From contig NC_009664.2 in NCBI RefSeq assembly GCF_000017305.1, forward strand, positions 810,001 to 842,000: a stretch of DNA of 32,000 nucleotides, written 5' to 3'. Below are positions 27,021 to 32,000 of the stretch, one piece after another; the first letter of the stretch is position 1; every line of letters starts with the position of its first letter. Under the pieces are notes generated by a model. It saw only the letters and a program-made list of their open reading frames with translations, was not told where the DNA came from and ran no database searches. The translations under genes were made by a program, and so were the position numbers. Source of the DNA: Kineococcus radiotolerans SRS30216 = ATCC BAA-149 (lineage in GTDB: Bacteria > Actinomycetota > Actinomycetes > Actinomycetales > Kineococcaceae).

Positions 27021-28217
27021 ATGACCGACCTCGCGTCGACCCGGGAGCGCGCCCTCGCCGCGCTCCGCGAACAGACCATCGAACTGCCCAGCTGGGCGTT
27101 CGGGAACTCCGGCACCCGCTTCAAGGTGTTCGGCACCCCCGGCACCCCCCGCGACCCCTTCGAGAAGATCAGCGACGCCGCCCAGGTGCACGCCTTCACC
27201 GGCGTCGCCCCGCGGGTCTCCCTGCACATCCCCTGGGACCTCGTCGACGACTACGAGAAGCTCGCCGCCCACGCTGCGGACTCCGGCGTGGCGATCGGGA
27301 TGATCAACTCGAACCTGTTCCAGGACGACGCCTACAAGTTCGGCTCCCTCACCCACCCCGACGCGCAGGTCCGGGCGAAGGCCGTCGCCCACCACGCGCA
27401 GTGCGTCGACGTCATGCGCGCCACCGGGTCGAAGGAACTGAAGCTGTGGCTGCCCGACGGCACCAACTACCCCGGCCAGGACGACCTGCGCGACCGCCAG
27501 GAACGCCTCGCCGACTCCCTGCAGCAGATCTACGCCCTGCTCGACGAGGACCACCGCCTGGTCCTGGAGTACAAGTTCTTCGAGCCGGCGTTCTACCACA
27601 CCGACATCCCCGACTGGGGCACCTCGCTGCTGCACTGCCTGGCCCTGGGCGAGCGCGCGAAGGTCGTCCTGGACACCGGCCACCACGCCCCGGGCACGAA
27701 CATCGAGTTCATCGTCGTGCAGCTGCTGCGGGCGGGCCGGCTGGGAGCGTTCGACTTCAACTCCCGCTTCTACGCCGACGACGACCTCATGGCCGGGGCC
27801 GCGGACCCGTTCCAGCTCTTCCGGATCGTGTACGAGATCGTGCGCTCGAACGCGCTCGCCCCCCAGCCGTGGGACCCGGCGGGCAGCGGGGTGAACTTCA
27901 TGCTCGACCAGTGCCACAACGTCGAGGAGAAGATCCCCGGGCAGATCCGCTCGGTCACCAACATCCAGCAGGCCACCGCCAAGGCCCTCCTCGTCGACCG
28001 CGAAGCGCTCACCGCGGCCCAGCGCGCGGGGGACGTCCTGGGTGCCAACGACGTCCTCATGGACGCGTACTCCACCGACGTCCGTCCCCTGCTCGCCGAA
28101 CTGCGCGAGTCGATGGGCCTGGACCCCGACCCGATGGCCGCGTTCAAGGCGTCGGGCTACGCGGCACGGATCGCCGCCGAACGCGTCGGCGGCCGGCAGG
28201 CGGGGTGGGGAGCATGA
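27021..28217 (+). CDS. rhaI: L-rhamnose isomerase, xylose-isomerase-like TIM-barrel type found in actinobacteria and Pseudomonas stutzeri; 398 aa
   Basis: ELPSWAFGNSGTRFKVF, SLHIPWD, LWLPDGTNYPGQDD, LEYKFFEPAFYHTDIPDWG, DTGHHAPGTNIEFIV and FDFNSRFYADDDL match this RhaI family as I remember it. ATG at 27021 follows GGAG by 6 nt. Confidence 0.9.
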   Translation: MTDLASTRERALAALREQTIELPSWAFGNSGTRFKVFGTPGTPRDPFEKISDAAQVHAFTGVAPRVSLHIPWDLVDDYEKLAAHAADSGVAIGMINSNLFQDDAYKFGSLTHPDAQVRAKAVAHHAQCVDVMRATGSKELKLWLPDGTNYPGQDDLRDRQERLADSLQQIYALLDEDHRLVLEYKFFEPAFYHTDIPDWGTSLLHCLALGERAKVVLDTGHHAPGTNIEFIVVQLLRAGRLGAFDFNSRFYADDDLMAGAADPFQLFRIVYEIVRSNALAPQPWDPAGSGVNFMLDQCHNVEEKIPGQIRSVTNIQQATAKALLVDREALTAAQRAGDVLGANDVLMDAYSTDVRPLLAELRESMGLDPDPMAAFKASGYAARIAAERVGGRQAGWGA

Positions 28218-30289
28218 GCACCACGGACCCCGGCAGCACGAACTCCGGCAGCACCGTCCGGGACCTCATCGCCCGCTCGAACGCGCTGGGCGCGGACCCG
28301 CGGTTCACCAACTACGCCGGCGGCAACACCTCCGCCAAGGGCACCGCGACCGACCCCGTGACGGGTGCGGACGTGGAGCTGCTGTGGGTCAAGGGTTCCG
28401 GCGGCGACCTCGGCACCCTCACCGAGCAGGACCTGGCCGTCCTGCGCCTGGACCGCGTCCGCGCCCTGCGCGAGGTCTACCTCGGCCCCGCTGGTGGTCT
28501 GGAGCGCGAGGACGAGATGGTCGCCGCGTTCGACTACTGCCTGCACGGCAGGGGCGGAGCCGCCCCCTCCATCGACACCGCCATGCACGCCCTCGTCGAC
28601 GCCGCCCACGTGGACCACCTGCACCCCGACGCCGGCATCGCCATCGCCTGCGCCGCGGACGGGGAGAAGCTCACCGAGCAGGTCTACGGCGACAAGGTCG
28701 TCTGGGTGCCCTGGCGCCGCCCCGGGTTCCAGCTCGGCCTCGACATCGCCGCGATCAAGGACGCCAACCCGCAGGCGGTCGGCACGATCCTCGGCGGGCA
28801 CGGCATCACCGCCTGGGGCGCCACCTCCGCGGAGGCGGAGGCGAACTCCCGCTGGATCATCGAGACCGCCGAGACGTTCCTGATGCGGAACTCCGCCGCC
28901 GAACCCTTCGGGCCGGTCCTGGACGGCTACGGCCCGCTCCCCCCGGAGGGCCGCCGCGCCCGCGCCGCGGCGCTGGCCCCGGTGATCCGCGGCCTCGCCT
29001 CGACCGACAAGCCGCAGGTCGGGCACTTCAGCGACACCGACGCGGTCCTGGACTTCCTCTCCCGCACCGAGCACCCGCGCCTGGCCGCGCTGGGCACCTC
29101 CTGCCCGGACCACTTCCTGCGCACCAAGGTGAAACCGCTGGTGCTGGACCTGCCCCCCACCGCCACGGTCGAGGACTCGATCGCGCGGCTGGAGGAGCTG
29201 CACACCGCCTACCGGGCGGACTACCAGGCCTACTACGACCGCCACGCGGACGAGGACTCCCCCGCGATCCGCGGCGCGGACCCGCTGATCGTCCTGGTCC
29301 CCGGCGTCGGGATGTTCTCCTACGGCAAGGACGCCCAGACCGCCCGCGTCGCCGGTGAGTTCTACGTCAACGCGATCAACGTCATGCGCGGCGCGGAGGG
29401 CGTCTCCACCTACGCCCCCATCGACGAGGCGGAGAAGTTCCGCATCGAGTACTGGGCCCTGGAGGAGGCCAAGCTGGCGCGGATGCCGAAGCCGAGACCG
29501 CTGGCCACCCGCATCGCCCTGGTCACCGGCGCCGCCTCGGGCATCGGCAAGGCCATCGCCACCCGCCTGGCCGCCGAAGGCGCCTGCGTCGTCATCGCCG
29601 ACCTCGACCTGGCCAAGGCCCAGGCCGCCGCGGCCGAGATCGGGAACACCGACGTCGCGGTGGGCGTCGCCGCCGACGTCTCGAACCCCGAAGCGGTGAA
29701 GGCCGCGATCGACGAGGCCGTCCTCGCCTTCGGCGGGCTCGACCTCGTCGTCAACAACGCCGGCCTGTCGATCTCCAAGCCGCTGCTGGAGACCACCGAG
29801 CGCGACTGGGACCTGCAGCACGACGTCATGGCCAAGGGTTCCTTCCTCGTCGCCCAGGCCGCCGCGCGGGTCCTCATCGCCCAGGGCCTGGGCGGGGACA
29901 TCGTCTACATCGCCTCGAAGAACTCCGTGTTCGCCGGCCCGAACAACATCGCCTACTCCGCGGTGAAGGCCGACCAGGCCCACCAGGTCCGGCTGCTGGC
30001 CGCCGAGCTCGGCGAGCACGGCATCAAGGTCAACGGCGTCAACCCCGACGGGGTGGTGCGCGGGTCGGGGATCTTCTCCGGCGGCTGGGGCGCGAAGCGC
30101 GCCGCGGTCTACGGGGTGCCGGAGGAGGAGCTGGGCGCCTACTACGCCCAGCGGACCCTGCTCAAGCGCGAGGTCCTGCCCGAGCACGTCGCCAACGCCG
30201 TCTTCGTCCTCACCGGCGGGGAGCTCTCCCACACCACCGGCCTGCACGTCCCCGTCGACGCCGGCGTCGCCGCCGCGTTCCTCCGATGA
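28214..30289 (+). CDS. rhaEW: Bifunctional rhamnulose-1-phosphate aldolase / short-chain dehydrogenase (lactaldehyde dehydrogenase type), 691 aa
   Basis: The N-terminal class II aldolase/adducin-like domain (FTNYAGGNTSAKG, LWVKGSGGDLGTL) is fused to a C-terminal SDR domain (VTGAASGIGKA Rossmann motif, NNAG, catalytic YSAVK). The ATG overlaps the rhaI stop (ATGA at 28214-28217). Confidence 0.9.
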   Translation: MSTTDPGSTNSGSTVRDLIARSNALGADPRFTNYAGGNTSAKGTATDPVTGADVELLWVKGSGGDLGTLTEQDLAVLRLDRVRALREVYLGPAGGLEREDEMVAAFDYCLHGRGGAAPSIDTAMHALVDAAHVDHLHPDAGIAIACAADGEKLTEQVYGDKVVWVPWRRPGFQLGLDIAAIKDANPQAVGTILGGHGITAWGATSAEAEANSRWIIETAETFLMRNSAAEPFGPVLDGYGPLPPEGRRARAAALAPVIRGLASTDKPQVGHFSDTDAVLDFLSRTEHPRLAALGTSCPDHFLRTKVKPLVLDLPPTATVEDSIARLEELHTAYRADYQAYYDRHADEDSPAIRGADPLIVLVPGVGMFSYGKDAQTARVAGEFYVNAINVMRGAEGVSTYAPIDEAEKFRIEYWALEEAKLARMPKPRPLATRIALVTGAASGIGKAIATRLAAEGACVVIADLDLAKAQAAAAEIGNTDVAVGVAADVSNPEAVKAAIDEAVLAFGGLDLVVNNAGLSISKPLLETTERDWDLQHDVMAKGSFLVAQAAARVLIAQGLGGDIVYIASKNSVFAGPNNIAYSAVKADQAHQVRLLAAELGEHGIKVNGVNPDGVVRGSGIFSGGWGAKRAAVYGVPEEELGAYYAQRTLLKREVLPEHVANAVFVLTGGELSHTTGLHVPVDAGVAAAFLR

Positions 30290-30311
30290 CCCGCGAAGCG
30301 TAGGGAACACC

Positions 30312-31745
30312 GTGTCCGTCCACATCGCGGTGGACCTCGGAGCCTCCAGCGGGCGGGTGATGGCCGGCGCGGCCGCACCCGGCCGGCTGGAGCTCACCGA
30401 GCTGCACCGCTTCCCCAACGGGCCCGTCCCCCTCGCCGGGGGTCTGGTCACCGACGCCGTGGGCCTGTGGCAGCAGGTCCTCCACGGCCTGCGGGCCGTG
30501 GCCCGCGCCCACGGCGACGCCGCCACGGTGGCCGTCGACACGTGGGCGGTGGACTACGGCCTGCTGGCGGCCGACGGGACGCTGCTGGGGACCCCGCGCC
30601 ACTACCGCGACCCGCGGACCGGCGGCGTGGCCGAGCGCGTCCTGGCCCGCGTCCCCGGCCCGGACCTCTACGCGCGCAACGGGCTGCAGCACCTGCCCTT
30701 CACCACGATCTACCAGCTGCTGGCGGAGGCGGACGGCCCGCTGCTCGCCGCGGCGTCCGACGTCCTCCTGCTGCCGGACCTCTTCGGGTTCTGGTTGTCC
30801 GGGGTCCGCGGGGCGGAGGCCACCAACGCCTCCACCACCGGGCTGGCCGACGTGGCGACCGGCCGCTGGGCCCCCGACCTCGCGGAGCTCGCGGGACTGC
30901 CCGCGGGGGTGCTCCCGCCCGTGCACGACCCGGGGGCCGTGCTCGGCGGTCTGCGTCCCGACGTCCTGGCCACCACCGGGCTCGGTGCCTCCACCCGCCT
31001 CGTGGCCGTCGGGTCCCACGACACCGCCTCGGCGGTGGTCGCGGTCCCGGCCGAGGACGAGGCCTTCGCCTACGTCGCCTGCGGCACCTGGGGCCTGGTG
31101 GGGGTGGAACTGGAGCGCCCGGTGCTGTCCGCGGAGTCGTTCGCGGCCAACTTCACCAACGAGCGCGGGGTCGACGACCGCATCCGCTACCTGCGCAACG
31201 TCATGGGGTTGTGGGTGCTGCAGCAGTGCGTGGCCGAGTGGTCCGCGGACGCCCCGGTGGACCTCGCCGACCTGCTCGCCGCCGCGGCCGCCCTCGGTCC
31301 GGGCGGCCCGCGCGTCGACATCGACGACCCGCGGTTCCTCGCCCCCGGCCCGATGGCCGGGCGGGTGCGCCGGGCCGTCGCGGAATCCGGTGGGCGGCCC
31401 CCGGCCGGGCCCGCCGAGGTGGCGCGGTGCGTCCTGGACAGCCTCGCCGACGCCTTCGCCCGCACGGTGGCCGACGCCGTGCGCCTCTCCGGTCACCCGG
31501 TCCGGGTGGTCCACCTCGTCGGCGGCGGCGCGCGCAACCGGCTGCTGTGCCAGCTGACGGCGAACGCCTGCGGGCTGCCCGTCGTCGCCGGACCGGTCGA
31601 GGCCACCGCCTTGGGCAACGTCCTCGTGCAGGCCCGCGCGGCCGGCGACCTGTCAGGATCGCTGGAGGGGCTGCGCGACCTGGTGCGCCGGACCAGCGAC
31701 CTCACCACCCACCAGCCCGAACCCACCACCGCAGGAGCGCCGTGA
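30312..31745 (+). CDS. rhaB: Rhamnulokinase (FGGY carbohydrate kinase family)
   Basis: 477 aa with the N-terminal [12 protein letters not shown] phosphate-1 motif, [20 protein letters not shown], and C-terminal [36 protein letters not shown]. It sits in the rhamnose cluster. Confidence 0.85.
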   Translation: MSVHIAVDLGASSGRVMAGAAAPGRLELTELHRFPNGPVPLAGGLVTDAVGLWQQVLHGLRAVARAHGDAATVAVDTWAVDYGLLAADGTLLGTPRHYRDPRTGGVAERVLARVPGPDLYARNGLQHLPFTTIYQLLAEADGPLLAAASDVLLLPDLFGFWLSGVRGAEATNASTTGLADVATGRWAPDLAELAGLPAGVLPPVHDPGAVLGGLRPDVLATTGLGASTRLVAVGSHDTASAVVAVPAEDEAFAYVACGTWGLVGVELERPVLSAESFAANFTNERGVDDRIRYLRNVMGLWVLQQCVAEWSADAPVDLADLLAAAAALGPGGPRVDIDDPRFLAPGPMAGRVRRAVAESGGRPPAGPAEVARCVLDSLADAFARTVADAVRLSGHPVRVVHLVGGGARNRLLCQLTANACGLPVVAGPVEATALGNVLVQARAAGDLSGSLEGLRDLVRRTSDLTTHQPEPTTAGAP

Positions 31746-32000
31746 AACGCCAGGTACCGAACGTCCGCGAGATCCTGGAGCTGGTGAGCTTCAAGAAGCC
31801 CGAGCTCAACGGGAGGAAGCGCCGGCTGGAGTCCGCGCTCACCATCGAGGACCTGCGCGCCATCGCCAAGCGCCGTACCCCCAAGGCCGCCTTCGACTAC
31901 ACCGACGGCTCCGCCGAGGGCGAGATCTCCCTCGCCCGCGCCCGCCAGGCCTTCGCCGACGTGGAGTTCCACCCCTCGATCCTGCGCGACGTGTCGAAGG
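31742..32000 (+). CDS. lldD: FMN-dependent alpha-hydroxy-acid (L-lactate) dehydrogenase, N-terminal 86 codons; continues past the window end
   Basis: The GTG start overlaps the rhaB stop (GTGA). The translation [84 protein letters not shown] closely resembles the N-termini of mycobacterial LldD-type enzymes. It is absent from the ORF track because no stop falls within the window. Confidence 0.8.
   Translation, partial: MKRQVPNVREILELVSFKKPELNGRKRRLESALTIEDLRAIAKRRTPKAAFDYTDGSAEGEISLARARQAFADVEFHPSILRDVSK

Overview
Very GC-rich (over 70% by eye) actinobacterial chromosome. Third codon positions are almost all G/C, so every long gene is shadowed by stop-free alternative-frame and antisense ORFs; most of the supplied ORF track is that artefact. 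Positions 176-23728 form one long minus-strand block of conserved housekeeping genes. The order matches what I remember from Mycobacterium and Streptomyces: whiG/fliA-type sigma factor, a decayed xerC relic, rtcB, dprA, yifB/comM-like ATPase, yraN, DUF2469, rnhB, two tandem lepB, rplS, trmD, rimM, a KH protein, rpsP, an amidohydrolase, ffh, glnD, glnK, amtB, ftsY, a small membrane protein and smc. A convergent M23-peptidase gene tail lies at the left edge. Positions 23941-32000 are less conserved. They hold a Bcr/CflA-type MFS transporter (+), an uncharacterised 144-aa protein and a Tat-signal VanY/M15-like peptidase (-), then a plus-strand L-rhamnose module rhaI-rhaEW-rhaB-lldD, the last gene cut by the window end. 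I saw no tRNA, rRNA, CRISPR array, IS element or phage genes, and no convincing undescribed multi-gene system. The most unusual points are listed here. (1) xerC is reduced to about 45 decayed codons with the catalytic Tyr changed to Asp, abutting an orphan rtcB and open in frame into whiG. (2) Short GTSAC-type motifs phased at 11 nt occur in three intergenic regions, including GlnR-like boxes upstream of amtB and a five-unit 11-bp tandem repeat upstream of yraN. (3) A 17-bp perfect GC hairpin lies inside the ribosomal operon. (4) Two small proteins have no recognisable family. All functional calls come from reading motifs by eye; no database search was run.
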